The translations under genes were made by a program, and so were the position numbers. DNA of 64,000 nucleotides from Cyanophora paradoxa CCMP329 (lineage: Eukaryota > Plantae > Glaucophyta): NCBI GenBank assembly GCA_004431415.1, contig QPMI01000600.1:1-64000 (forward strand), read 5' to 3'. Shown here piece by piece: positions 31,152 to 43,779 of the stretch (positions within the stretch are counted from its first letter, which is position 1; every line of letters starts with the position of its first letter). The notes under the pieces are model-generated. The model was not told the origin of the DNA, made no database searches, and worked only from the letters and a program-made list of their open reading frames with translations.

Positions 31152-32537
31152 ATGCCAGCAACTGGAAGAATAGTTAGGAGAACCACTGACCAACTGCAAG
31201 GTAACCTACTGCCTATCACAGTTCCAAAGGAGGAAAAGGGGGAATCTCGAATTGTTAAAAAGTCAGAGATGAAAGAGCTTGTCCCTGTAGAGATCCCAGT
31301 TGCCATTGCAGTGAAAGAAACTAGCAAGATTGCCAAAAGATTCTATGATGTGAGAACTGGTTACAAAGGGCTTCAAGCTATGAGGGCTGAGTTACCAGAT
31401 GAGTCCTATAAGCAATTGCAAGAGTTCTATAAAAAACAAGAAGTTGTTCAGATCAATGCACCTGCTATATCTAGAAAGAGAGATCCCATGGTCCCAATCA
31501 GACAACCCCTTGATACCTATGTAATTGATTTGCTCTTTTTCCCAGCTTATAAGAAACAAAACAATGGCTATGATACCTTTATGACTGCTATGGAATCCAC
31601 ACTGAGAACTGGGTATATTATACCTATAAGGGATAAATCAGCTCTCACTACATTGGCTGCATTTAAACAGCTTGAGATGAGAGTGGCAAGACCAATAGTA
31701 AAGGTTCAATCAGATGCTGGAAGTGAGTTCCAAAATCGAATATTCCAGGAGTATCTATCTAGTAAATTCATAGAACACCAAGTGAGTGGAACTGCTGACC
31801 ACAGAAGCCAAGGTCGAATTGAAGCCTTTAACAAGCAGATTAAGAGACTGATCACAAACTACTGCATAGCTAATAACACAGCTAGATTCTTTGATGTGTT
31901 GGGTGATATTGAGTTTAATTACAATAATACAGTTCACTCAGCTACTAAGATGAAGCCAGGTGAAACTACAGAGGAGCATTATAGGTATATAGTAGGATTA
32001 GAAGATGAAAGATTCAAGAAATCAATAGCTTATCTTGATACCATGCAGCCTGGCATGTTTGTTAGAGTGAAAGTAGAGAAGAACCCCTTTGCTAAACAGG
32101 GTAACAATTGGTCTAGGATGGTTTACACTGTTGATAGTAGGGAAGGCTTTAAGTTTAAGCTAAGGAGTCCCACTGGTGAGATCATAGAAAACAGGTTTGC
32201 TTTCCATGAGCTGTTGCCTGTGAATGCAGTTGAATATCTAGAAACCCCTACAGTGGATGCCTTAGAGCAAGCTAAAGAGGAAGCTAGGGTTGATGCTGCT
32301 ATAAGGAGAGAAGGCATAGAAGCTGCTAATGAAGTCCCAGATAAGCCTTTGATAGAGGCTAGGAAGGAGAAGGCTGGGAAAGTTAATAGGGAACTCAAAA
32401 AGCTCACCATAGCAGGCACACAGAAACTTTCAGAAGTGAATAGCCAGAGATGGTATAGTGACTTTCAGACTACTAAGGAGTCATATACAGCCCCTAAACC
32501 TCAAAGAACACTAAGAGAGAGGACCAAAACTAGCTAG
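31152..32537 (+). CDS. int: Retroviral-type (rve) DDE integrase
   Basis: YVIDLL, QSDAGSEF and GRIEAFNKQIK form the DDE triad; YNNTVHSATKMKP follows. Confidence 0.92.
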   Translation: MPATGRIVRRTTDQLQGNLLPITVPKEEKGESRIVKKSEMKELVPVEIPVAIAVKETSKIAKRFYDVRTGYKGLQAMRAELPDESYKQLQEFYKKQEVVQINAPAISRKRDPMVPIRQPLDTYVIDLLFFPAYKKQNNGYDTFMTAMESTLRTGYIIPIRDKSALTTLAAFKQLEMRVARPIVKVQSDAGSEFQNRIFQEYLSSKFIEHQVSGTADHRSQGRIEAFNKQIKRLITNYCIANNTARFFDVLGDIEFNYNNTVHSATKMKPGETTEEHYRYIVGLEDERFKKSIAYLDTMQPGMFVRVKVEKNPFAKQGNNWSRMVYTVDSREGFKFKLRSPTGEIIENRFAFHELLPVNAVEYLETPTVDALEQAKEEARVDAAIRREGIEAANEVPDKPLIEARKEKAGKVNRELKKLTIAGTQKLSEVNSQRWYSDFQTTKESYTAPKPQRTLRERTKTS

Positions 32538-33017
32538 TTTGCTAGCCGAAAACTCGTTTTTTCCAAATATATGTATGACTGATATACATATATGCATATG
32601 ATATACACATTGTCTTGTAGATCTTTTCAAGCGCTTCACAGCGATATGCAGAACGTTGCGATTTGATAATCTGGTGATGAGATACAAGCGTTTGAAGATG
32701 CCGATTATCGATTTTTCGAGATTTCGGAATGATGCATCATAATGATGTAATAATGATGTATCATAAACACATAACATATATATATCGCCGTGATCGTCAT
32801 GATCTCCCGAGTTCGATGGTGTGTCATATATATCATATACATATGCATCGTCATTATGACATCATTTCGTAACATAACACGTCCGTCATCGTCTTTTTTC
32901 CGCAGCGAACAGATAAGTGAACAGTTAACGAGACAACTATTGTAATAGTGTACTGCAACAACAATTGAAAACAAGATATGCGGGAAAGCTATTGAAAGAC
33001 AATGAAGCAAATTGCGA

Positions 33018-33114
33018 ACAATTAAGTGAACAGTTAAGTGGACACCTGTTGGGAGTAGGCAGTGTCTACTCGTTTATCGTGAAACGGTGTCCACTTAACT
33101 GTTCATTTAACTGT
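33018..33114. other. Branched (T-shaped) palindrome in the non-coding region before the right TIR
   Basis: The stem TGAACAGTTAAGTGGACACC/GGTGTCCACTTAACTGTTCA encloses two small hairpins. Confidence 0.7.
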
Positions 33115-33312
33115 TGACGAAAACCCATGCATTATGACATCATATCATTAAACCACATACAAAACACTAAAATGCATGTATCTCTTCACCAACTCATCAT
33201 GTGACAAAACCAAAAACAGATTCGGAATCCTCTTAACGAGGCCTGCCTGACGATGTAAGTATCATAGGCTCAATAATTCATATGTTTATAAGCATCTCCC
33301 CTTGATTCCCCT

Positions 33313-34140
33313 TATTATATAATATTTATATTAAAGTGGACTCAAGGTTGACTCATATTAATCGTAAAAGTAGTAATAGTATATGGATTTTGTTACGAAT
33401 TCAATGCAAGGGTTGACTAAGTGGGTTGAGTTGACTCAAATTTCACAGGAAATATTTGGGACCAAAAGTTTTCTAAAAAGGATTTCAAAAAATGTGTCAA
33501 CTCCCCCCACTTAGTCAACCCTGACCATAAACAGTAAGGATTTGAGCTAACATGTATCACAAAGTGAACATTTTGAGTCCACTTAGAAGATCCACTTTTG
33601 AAATCCAAGTTGATTTTGCTTGAAATTTCAAAGTTGATCTAAAAGTGAGTCAACCCTGATTGATTATGGTAACAAAGTTGACTAAGTTGACTAAGTTGAG
33701 TCATCTTAAGAAATTCAAGGAGACTAAGACTTTAAAATGTTTATGAAAAGTGAGTCAACTTAGACCACTTATGGTAACAAATTTAAATATTTAATTGATT
33801 TAATCGGAAAAGAACATGATTTAATCGAATTTATTGATATAATTCCGATTAGATTCATTTAGGATTCAATTAAGATCAATCGAAGTTATTGATATAATTC
33901 CGATTAACTCTTATTTAGATACAATATCGATTAATCGAGTTTATCGATATAACATCGATTAAATTAATTGAAATTGCATATAAAAATATGAAAATTCATG
34001 TGAAAATATGAAAATTCATGTGAAAATTCAAATAAATTAATCGATTTTATTGATATAACATCGAATCACACATATGAATATTCATATTTTAATCCTGAGG
34101 CGGAACGCCGAGGGATTAAAATATGAATATTCATATGTGT
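33313..34140 (-). repeat. Right terminal inverted repeat (828 bp)
   Basis: Reverse complement of the left end. The identical 63-aa ORF at 7057..7248(+) and 33417..33608(-) confirms the match. Confidence 0.95.
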
Positions 34141-35384
34141 GACAGCATGGCACTGCACGACCTTATCCACCGCAGGCATTCTGCCCGTCTGCGACATCAT
34201 TATTATTAGCTTATTATTAGCTCCAGCCAAGGCTGGGTCTTAAATGGGCGCCGAATGGATACCGGTACCGGAATTTTGGAAACAGCGCTCAGCACGCGCT
34301 TGATAGTTTCCCCGAAAACTTTCTGCGAAGGCGCTTGAGAAATTGCATGAGGCCCTCCGTATAGACGATTGCGGGATCGGTATCGCTCACCGAGACCCGT
34401 GGAGCGGCCTTGTTCGCGCGCGTTTTCTTGTACAAGCTCGTCTGGAGCTCGGCCATCTCCTCCTTTGTGATTTTCGCCTTGGAGGTTGCAACGTAGCGCC
34501 AGGCCGGTTGTGGTTTCCCGCTCGATCCCAAGGGCACCGCGAGCCCGACTACAGCCTGTGCGCAGAGCCTCGTCACGTATACATATACGCAGGACGCCTG
34601 TGCATTATAGCGGCTCACCGAAACACGAACGACTTGCTTCTTGCTCTTGACGTCCCAGCTGACGGTTGGAGTTCGTAAGTGCCGCGCTTTGCATTCCTAA
34701 ACCGCGGACAATAACGTTAGCAATTATAATTAGCTGCAGGAGTTTGACAGAGCATGAGCAGTCGACTCGGCGAACTCGAAGCGCTAGCACCACAACGAGC
34801 TGCCTCCAGAGGCTGCAGCTGTAGTAGTGAAGGTATCGGGCGATGTCGGTTGGAAGAAGGCAGCGTGCTGAATTCAACGATGCCCATGTGCAATTGGACG
34901 AAGATGCAGATTTAGGCTGTTGATTTGCGTGCCTGCCGGACTCGCGTTGTTCCACGGCGGGGATGGCTTCGCGACTTGCAATTGAAATCTGTGAGCGCAT
35001 GTTAAAACTGATGGTTTCGCGCAGGTAAAAAATCAATTGAGTTTGAAAACCGCGCGCCTGCTCTTGTGATGGCGTCTCCTGTTTCTTGAGGGCAACCGTA
35101 ACTGATGCTTCGGCCGCAGCCTGTTCAAGCGCGCGCACTTGCTTCCCCTTAAGCTCTTGACTGCTGCTTGCCTCTAGATCTGGACCCTCCGCGGCCGGTT
35201 CCTGCTTTTTGTTTATGATCAGGGTGCAAATATCGATATCAGTATCACGAGCCCGATCATGCTCAATCGGCTCGTTGTCGCCGTCATCAACAATATTGCC
35301 GGCGCCGGGATCCGACTCGATTTGGTCTCCGTGGCCAGCCGCTGCAGCTGCAGCCAGACCCGCCTGCCTCGTGACGCGCTTCAT
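34141..35384 (-). pseudogene. 5-prime part of a host gene-family member split by the virus (3-prime part at ~5100-6236)
   Basis: Removing the element and one TSD restores MMSQTGRMPAVDKVVQCHAV-MFDLHGSLAEKWESLRKECERQGFGEPTW, homologous to ORFs at 37618 and 39080. Confidence 0.75.
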
Positions 35385-36249
35385 CGCTTTGGAGAGTGCA
35401 GACTGCGGAAGGTTGGAATAAATGTTGATGAACGAGTAACAAAATCTGGATTCCTAAGAAATCTGTACAGGTTGATACTATTTGTAATATTAATTATATA
35501 ACTCTATAGTTATTTTGGTTGAGACGTCGGGGTACGGAAAATTTGCGGTAGCGCGACGATTACGGCGGCGCAGCGGGCCAGGTTTCCCACCCGTGGGTTC
35601 CTGATAACGCTGCGTGTCAAGCTGCTCGGAAAGTCGCGCGCCAGCTCCACCCGACCCCCGTAGCCAGAACGCGCTAGATAGACCAACCGGGCGTGCACGG
35701 ACAGCCGACACGAGCACATCATCACCAAGCGCAACCGCCGAAGTCGATAGCCCGCCCCCGGAGCGCCAGGCAGCCCCGCCAACCTCGCCGCGTCATCTTT
35801 TTTGAATTCCACGGACCCCCGGACCCCACCTGCGCCCTGCGCGGAGCGCAAAGCACTCGCCCTGCCTCTCCCGATAGAAGATAAGAGCTCTTAAGCAACT
35901 GAACTGCCGCCCAGTCCCCGCGCATTGCGCCTCGGTGCGGACACTCACTCGCTGCCTGTCACACCGCAGTCATGAGCCGATCATCCACGGACGACACACC
36001 GGATGTCGCCGCCATGCCCGGCGAACGACGTAGACCGTGCTTGCGCGACGCTCGCCGGCGCCAAGGCCCCGCGGGCCCACGCCCCCGCCCGCTTTCCCCC
36101 GGACTGGGCCCAAAGGGCGCCCACCTGGACTCCTCCCCCCCGAGGTCGGTACAGAAGCGTGTACGCTCGGACCCCCTGCCCCCCGTCCGCAGTCCGAGCC
36201 AGACGAGGCCCGCCCGGACCCGGCCTTCAAGCCGGCCCCCGCCCTCCCG

Positions 36250-36975
36250 CCCCAGCGCCCCGCCCTCGCCCTCCGGCTCCAGCGCCCCGCCCTCGCCTCC
36301 GGCTCCAGCGCCCGCCCTCGCCCTCCGGCTCCAGCGCCCCGTCCCCACCCTCCGGCTCCAGCGCCCCGCCCTCGCCCTCCTGCTCCAGCGCCCCGCCCCA
36401 CCCTCCGGCTCCAGCGCCCGCCCCGCCCTCCGGCTCCAGCGCCCCGCCCCGCCCTCCGGCTCCAGCGCCCCGCCCCGCCCTCCTGCTCCAGCGCCCCGCC
36501 CCGCCCTCCGGCTCCAGCGCCCCGCCCTCGCCCTCCTGCTCCAGCGCCCCGCCCCCACCCTCCGGCTCCAGCGCCCCGCCCCCGCCCTCCGGCTCCAGCG
36601 CCCCGCCCCCGCCCTCCTGCTCCAGCGCCCCGCCCCGCCCTCCGGCTCCAGCGCCCCGCCCCGCCCTCCGGCTCCCGCGCCCCGCCCCCGCCCTCCGGCT
36701 CCAACGCCCCGTCCCACCCTCCGGCTCCAGCGCCCCGCCCTCGCCCTCCGGCTCCAGCGCCCCGCCCTCGCCCTCCGGCTCCAGCGCCCCGTCCCCGCCC
36801 TCCTGCTCCAGCGCCCCGCCCCACCCTCCGGCTCCAGCGCCCCGCCCCCGCCCTCCGGCTCCAGCGCCCCGCCCCCGCCTCCGGCTCCAGCGCCCCGCCC
36901 CGCCCTCCGGCTCCAGCGCCCCGCCCCGCCCTCCGGCTCCAGCGCCCCGCCCCGCCCTCCGGCTCCAGCGCCTTG
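36250..36975. repeat. GC-rich minisatellite, unit ~26-27 bp (CCCTCCGGCTCCAGCGCCCCGCCCCG)
   Basis: More than 20 near-identical tandem units visible directly. Confidence 0.9.
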
Positions 36976-37229
36976 CCCCGCTCCTGGCCCGTCACCCTTC
37001 CCGCCCGCCCCCAGCTTCCCGATTCCAGCGCCTCACTCCCGCCACCCTCCAGCGCCCCGTGTACCCCACTCCCTGCCCTTCTCCCCCTCCCTACGCCTCG
37101 CCCCCTGCCGACCTCCCGTACCCCGCGTGCATGCGCCTCGCCTTCCCCCTCCCCTCCTTTTCCACAGGACCAAGGACACCAACGCATCAGGCCCTCCTCA
37201 AGCCGCAGATCGATAGCTCACAGCTAGGA

Positions 37230-38810
37230 TAAGATAGCAGGACGTCTTCCCTCTATGCCGCAGAGCCTCAGAGCTAGCCTAGGCGCCACCCCAGTCGATG
37301 GCAGCGACGGGGCGGCTGTTGTTGTCTTTAATAAGAACATTGCCTGGTTGGGCTTTTGCAAAAAAAAGTTATTTTGGTTGACTTGGAGACGCATACGTCG
37401 CACCGTCGCAGCGGTTTCTGTTGAATTCCCAAAGCCCTCGAAAAGCAGTGATTGCTTACGTTCTCCGGCTACGACTGCTTTCACACCCGATGCCGCGTTT
37501 TGGAGAGATACCTGCGCCGCGGAGCCGAAAGGCTATTCACTAGCGTTGGGGAACAGCGAATTTCCAAGTTCTGACCGAATACGATGGGAAATGATCCAAG
37601 CACACCTGCGCTTGATGTCAGGAATCGGCCATGGGGGATGACCGGGAGCTGATGTTAGGGAAAACACCAATGCAAAATGAACGCACAGTCACAATCGCTT
37701 TGCTTTGCTTTGCTGAAACCGTGCTCCATGTTGGCTCGCTAAAGCCTTCTTTCGCGCAGACCTCCTTTAGATTCTTCCACTTCTTTGCGAATGAACTCTG
37801 AAGGCTGGCGGCGTGACAGTGGGCGATCATTTCCGCCACCGGCATGGGAGCAATCTGATAGCAATTTCACTGTTGGTACAACGAAGATCTCTGGAATTTG
37901 AAATTGCGTTCAAAAAACGGCACACTGGGATTTTGCGTGTGATAGCCAGCATTTGTTGAATGACATTCTCAAAATCTTTCTGTATTCGAATTCTGTTTTC
38001 GATTGATATCATATGTAGACGTAAGATTCTCTCACCGAAAACGTTTCCTTGTTCCCCGCTTTGGCGTTAACGTTCGCTATGTGCTGCCAAGCCAACTCCG
38101 AGCTCTTCCCCGACGCCGAGGGCTTCAATAACCGGAGGGACACCTGAAAGAAGAAGCAGTGTTAGAAAGTGTAATTATTGAAGCTTCCAGTTCCTCATGA
38201 TCAGGCGAACGGATCATGATCACCTTGATTCTATTGCCACTCCGATTGATCGATGGGACTTGCAAGCCACGGGATGCACATTCCTGAACGGCGATGAGAT
38301 CTAGAACTCGCAGTTGCAATTTGACAGTATACGTATACGTAGATGGATACGTCTATCAAGTATCACTAGCCAAGTATCACGATGATCATGAAGTATCAAG
38401 TATCAAGAACCGAACGCACAGTGACGAGCAGTTTCCAGAGAGCCATGCTGGAGTCTTGAAGAAGGTGTCTTATATCAGATGGAAGGGATCCGATCTCGGG
38501 CGTAGAATGTATCGGTTGCACTTGGCCTGATGCTGCCTCGGCTTCTTTGCGGTCGTTTCTAATTGTTGGATTGCCGGCCAGTTCTGAGCACGATGACTCA
38601 GCAGCTGTCATCAGTTTTGAAAAACGGGAAGGCTGCAGCTGCTTGCAGCTGGGTTCCAGCTTGCTGCCAACGCCCGCGGCCGCGGCCGATGGAATTCGAA
38701 CGTCTGCACGCAGCTCCGCTCTGTCTTCCAGATCTCCGGATCCGGCTGTGAGCAGCTCTGGAAGGAACCGGACTCGCTTGACCGCCTTCGTGAACGCGAG
38801 CTGAAGGGCA
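37230..38810 (-). CDS. Host multi-exon hypothetical gene, tandem paralog B (boundaries approximate)
   Basis: Motifs LPSDIRHLLQDSSMALWKLL and CHAASLQSSFAKKWKNLKEVCAKEGFSEPTW. Confidence 0.5.
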
Positions 38811-39079
38811 AGGAGATAAGCTCGACAGCGAGTCGACAGCTTTTAACGACAGCGGCCTACAGCGGTACCGGTGCACGTATGCGTAGCATCTAGATTTAAT
38901 TATACGTATACAAAACTAAGGCTAGAAAACAAATTAAAGTGAACCAAAGACCCACGCACCTCTGCGACTTCATCTGTTGAAAATCCCTCCGTGAAGACCG
39001 TTAGCACATCAGCCGGCGTTGCTTCGTCGGCCCTGGGGAGATGCACCTGCGCATGCGAAAACAATTGACACAATCGAAT

Positions 39080-40250
39080 TCAATCAAAGCGCCAGCGGCG
39101 CCCGCACGAATTCGAACACACAGTTACGGTCGCTTTTTGCGAATCGGATCCGGAATGCTTCTTGATGGCAGGCGCCGTGGTCCAGGTGGGCTCCCCGGAG
39201 CCCAGACGCGCACACTCCTTCCTCAGAAGATCCCATTTCTCGGCAGCGGGTCCCTGCAGGCTGGCGGAGTGACAGAGAGCGATTTTGTCGGCCACGGACA
39301 ACAGTCCCATCTGCGAAAGCTGATCATGAGATCTAAAGGGATCCCGGATCCAAATTTTAAAGAATACAGCGCCGGCGGACAGGGCACCGGAATTCTTCGA
39401 ACAACAGCAAGCACTCGGTTGATGGAGTCTTCGAACGCTTTCTGTCCATTTGTGAGACTCCGCCCCGCAACCAAATGCAAGCAGCGGCTCTAGATCTAGA
39501 TTCAACCCGAGACTTGCTCTATATAGCTAGCCTTGGATTTGGAATATTAATGGCCCCTCTTTGAACTTTAAACTGCTCACCGAGAATCCCTCGGCGTTCT
39601 GAATTGCTTCCACGTTCTTGTCCTCGATCAGCGCTTTGCCCATTGCAACGTACCGCCATTCCACCTTCGCATGAACTTTCTTGCTCGGTTCCAAGCCCAA
39701 TTGCGAGCTTGACGGAAGCCTCAATTGGACTGCAGCCTGAATGATACCCAATCAGTATACGTATATACGAATGGAGAGGACATTTATTTCAAAGAGAACG
39801 AACCCGTACGACAACAAGCATCTTGCTTCTCAGACTCCAGCTGATTCGCTGAACTTGAAGATTCCGCGATTCACATTCCTGGTACCCGTAAACATTTTTG
39901 ATTATTTCGAAGGATGCCAGTTGCACCAAGATCTAGAAATTAAAGCGAAGCTTAAGCACCAGAAAGAGCAGCTTCCAGAGCTCGAAGCTGGAGTCTCGGA
40001 GTAGATGGGTGATTTCGGCCGGGAGGAGGTTGATATCGATCATGAGCGCTGCACTCGAATTCGAAGCTGGCGGTGTGGATGCATCGACCTGCAGCTGCAG
40101 CTGCCTGGAGCTGCTGGCGCCGACGGCCGCACGCACATTCCGAGCTCGAGGCTGCGGCGATCCCGAGCTAGAGGTTGCAGCTGCCGGCGTCGACGTCGTC
40201 TCCGTGTCGACGTCCCTGTCCTTGTCCCTGCAAGCGCGCAGCATCCTTCA
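39080..40250 (-). CDS. Host multi-exon hypothetical gene, tandem paralog C (boundaries approximate)
   Basis: Motifs LPAEITHLLRDSSFELWKLL, WRYVAMGKA and CHSASLQGPAAEKWDLLRKECARLGSGEPTW. Confidence 0.5.
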
Positions 40251-43200
40251 TGATCAGCTCATAATTAAAAGCTGGCGATCGGCTAAAGAACGCCACGCGC
40301 TAGCGCTAGCGCTCCCATCCGCGTCACCGGCTTCCATAACGCGAGGCGCACCAGTTGTCCTCCCGCCAGCAGCCCTCGTGCAGCGGCACGGGCGCCTCCT
40401 CCTCCGGGGGGATGTCGCCCGCGAAGTCCCAGAGGTTCAGGAACGGGTGGAGCGCCGGGTCGGCCCCCGCCGGCGGAAATGCCTCCGCGACGAGGGCGAG
40501 GAGCTCGGCGGCCGCCTCCACCGCCTCCGCGGGGGCGTCCCCCGGGGCCCGCAGGAAGCGGCGGAAGAGGAGGCCGGAGAAGAGGGCCCGCGGCTCGGGG
40601 AAGAAGTCCGGCTCCCAGAGGACCTGGAGGCCCCGGCGCAAGAATTAAGATCGGACGGTGCGCGCGTACCCGCAGAGGCGTAGAAATATTAAAATGGGAG
40701 CACCTGGGCGAGGTCGACGCAGGCGGCGACGATGGCCTGGAAGCGGTGCGCGACCATAACCTCCCGGAACGAGGGGGGCGCCCCCAGGGCGGCCCGCCGG
40801 GCGGGGACGAGGGCCGGAGGGCTCGAGCTCAAGGGCCCGCGGCCGCCTCGGCTGTCGCGATCGCCTGCGGCGCGTGTGCAGGCGGCAACGGCGAGGAGGA
40901 TAGCGCGCCACTCGCCGAGGCTCATGTCCAGGCCGCCAGCGCTGGGCGGCACGAGGGAGAGGAGGTGGCGGAGCAGGAGGGCGGCGGGGCCCAGCGGGCC
41001 CTCGGGCGGCTCCTCCGGATCCGGGGCGAAGGGGATGCGGGCCTGCAAGATGGCGGCGAGGGCGCGGCGGCGGGTCTCGGGAGACGCGGAGCGGGCGGCC
41101 CAGGTGTCCGGCACGTGCCGGGCAGCGGCGGGCGGGAGGAAGCTCTTCACGGTGCGGCGCGTCAGCTTCGAGCACCCGGCCTCGGCGACGTGCTCCTCGA
41201 CCTCGTCGCGGCCCAGCAGCGCGTAGCCGGCCGCCCGCAGCGGCGCCACCAGCTCGTCCGAGGGGGGCGAGCGCCCACACGTGCACTGCACGTGCTCGTC
41301 CGGCGCCGAGCCGCAGTGACGGCCTGCGGCAAGCACTCGGAAAAGAACGGCGGCGGTGCAGAGATGAGGGCATCATCGTGGGCTCGTGCACCGTATCGGA
41401 AAACAGCGATAGAATGGCCGGGGAGCGTCCCCTCCGCGACCCCCTCCACCAACACCTACGGATGACCTCGACGTTAATTATATATAATATATATATTTGC
41501 GAGAAAAATGATATCGATGGCCCCGATGAAGAACGCGATCGCGAGGCTCACCGCGAAGCGATTGTCTACCGCAGCTGCAGCGCTAGCCGCTGGGGGCGCC
41601 TCGCGGCGATAGAAGGCCGCAGAGCGTCCCCACGCCTCCCGAAGGTCTGTGTGCCTCCCGAGTAGGTCTGGGCCTTGTTAGGGGCGGCCGCGGGCGGAGT
41701 AGTGGAACGCTGCTGCGCGGCCGCTCGCACCGCGCAGGGCCGGGGAGGAGGCGGGGGAGGGGCCGGGGAGCCCGCGGATCCACGCCGCGACGTCTTCTAC
41801 CTGCGGGACGTCCTCTAACGCTTGCGAGCTTGCGATAGGGGAGCGGCGCGGCGCGCGCGCCTCGGGGGTGCCCCGCGCGGAAGCGATGCCAATGGCGCGA
41901 AGGACGTCCCGCGATGCGACGGCGTCACCCGTGACGTCATTGCCGATGAGCTGTACCGGGATCAGAGAGGGATGGTCATGACGACTGGGGGTCAGGATCA
42001 GAGCACCGCCGCAAGGTCGGGGAGGGAGGGGAGGGGTATGCCAAGGGCGGAAGCGAGGCGCTCGGGGGTCACGAGCCGGGCGCGGGCGCAGGCGCTCGTG
42101 CCGCCCGCCGCGAGCTGCTCCACGGTCGGCACCCGCAGCGTCTGCGTCGGAATCCAGCGGGATCCTAGAAAGAAAGAAGTGAGAATGTTTCGCTTGACGT
42201 TGGAGCCGACGAGCCCGGCCCGCACCGCTCATGACAGCGAAGTCGGAGTCGTCGGAGACGATCGCGAAGGCGCCGAGGCCCCGCGCCTCCCGCAGCAGCG
42301 CCTCTCGCCCGCTCGCCTCCCTGCACGCCGAGGGCTCGCAGATGTTAGGAAACGGATGCTGAGAAGCACGGAGGAAGGGGGGTATGAGAGGGCCGGGGTC
42401 TGGAAGACCAATATTTAATAAAGGCGGGGGGCGGAATTCGAAAAAGGAGGAGAGGGCCGGGGGGGGGGGGGGGGGGGGGACGGGACGGGGCCTAGGCCTC
42501 GCGGGGGGAGGGGTTGGAGGGGAAGGGGGCGGGGGCCGGGGGTGGGGGGAATTCGGGGGATGAGGGGGACGACGTTAGGCGCACCCAGTGCAGATGGCGG
42601 CGCGTACGGGTACCTGCGGGCGGCGAGTCGGCGGTGTCCGGCCCTGGGGGATCCGGAAGGCGAGGGCCGGCAGGGCTAGGGATGGATAGTTAATGTATAA
42701 CTATAAACTATACTCAGCTGCAGCTTGCCTGAAGGCGGTGCAGCGTGTGGACGATCTGGCGAATGGCGAGGGGAGACACGGGGGCGCGGAGGGCGCTGGC
42801 CATGGGGGCCGAGCCCGCCGCGGCGCCGCCGACGGAGACGGTAAGTCCCCGGCAGGTTGGCTGATCGACTTTTGGCTGATCGACGTCCGCAGGGTTCAAA
42901 TTAATAATATTAGTTAAAATATTCGCGCACGCGTGCCTTAAGCTTGTCAGGATAGAGGAAGCAGTAGGGCCGCACGCCGGCGGCGCGCAAGCGGCTGAAA
43001 AAACGCTGCACGAGCGCGTCCAGCAGATCGCACTCCCCTGCATGTACGCCGATCGCGACTCAGCGCGAGCTGCAGCTGGGAAAAGCCCCCACACAATACT
43101 GCAGGGCGCACCACCGCAGATGTCCATGAGGGAGTTGAGCTCGAGGCTAGCCGCTGCATCGCCGGCGCCGGCGCCCAGCTGCGCATGCAGCAGCGCGGCC

Positions 43201-43779
43201 GCGGACGTACGCGTCGACTCTTCGCCGGCGGCCTGCTGAATGAGCGCGTGCGCGACCTGGCGCACATCGAATCAGCCGATCGCGCCGGCTTGCACTGGAT
43301 CGCACGTGCACGTATACGTATGCATGACGCACGGTTGACAGGTCGAGGACAAGGGCGATCTCATTCTCCGGGCAGCCCGCCGCCTCCTGCGCAGAGCAAT
43401 CGCAGGTAAGACAGATCCAGAGCCCTCGGAGGGGACGGCGCCGGCGCGCGCTCGAGACTCGCCTCGGTCAGGTTCACGTCCTGTCCGGCATTCTCGTTCC
43501 GTTCGACGTACGCGCTTAGCCCGCGCACGCCCATCCGATGATCGATGTATATCGAAATCAATATCGATGTCGCCGCGGCTGAGAGGTCTAGATCTTTCGG
43601 TCGAGGCTTCGGCCCAGTTTGAGGAGTGTGTACCCCGGCCCCACGCCTCCGCCAAGCTCCGTTACTGCCAAGCTAGCACGGCCAATTGCAAGCTACGTAC
43701 TCTAGATCTGTACACCGGGCCACGCCTCGCGGGCGTCCAAATCGATCTAGATCTAGGCCTAGACCTGCTGGGCTGGGTC

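Larger units (their letters stand above)
6237..34140. mobile_element. Endogenous Polinton/Maverick-like (Polinton-like) virus, ~27.9 kb, apparently complete
   Basis: Abrupt switch to AT-rich, intronless, densely packed ORFs. Termini ACAC...GTGT are flanked by the direct repeat GACAGC (6231-6236 and 34141-34146). Long TIRs are present, and it encodes MCP, penton-like proteins, A32 ATPase, pPolB and rve integrase. Confidence 0.95.

Noticed and set aside
35959-37232. Several ~400-aa ORFs in multiple frames
   Set aside because: They are open only because the GC-rich minisatellite lacks stop codons.
40320-42360. Probable minus-strand host gene
   Set aside because: Exon-like segments are visible, but no domain was recognised and no reliable gene model could be built.
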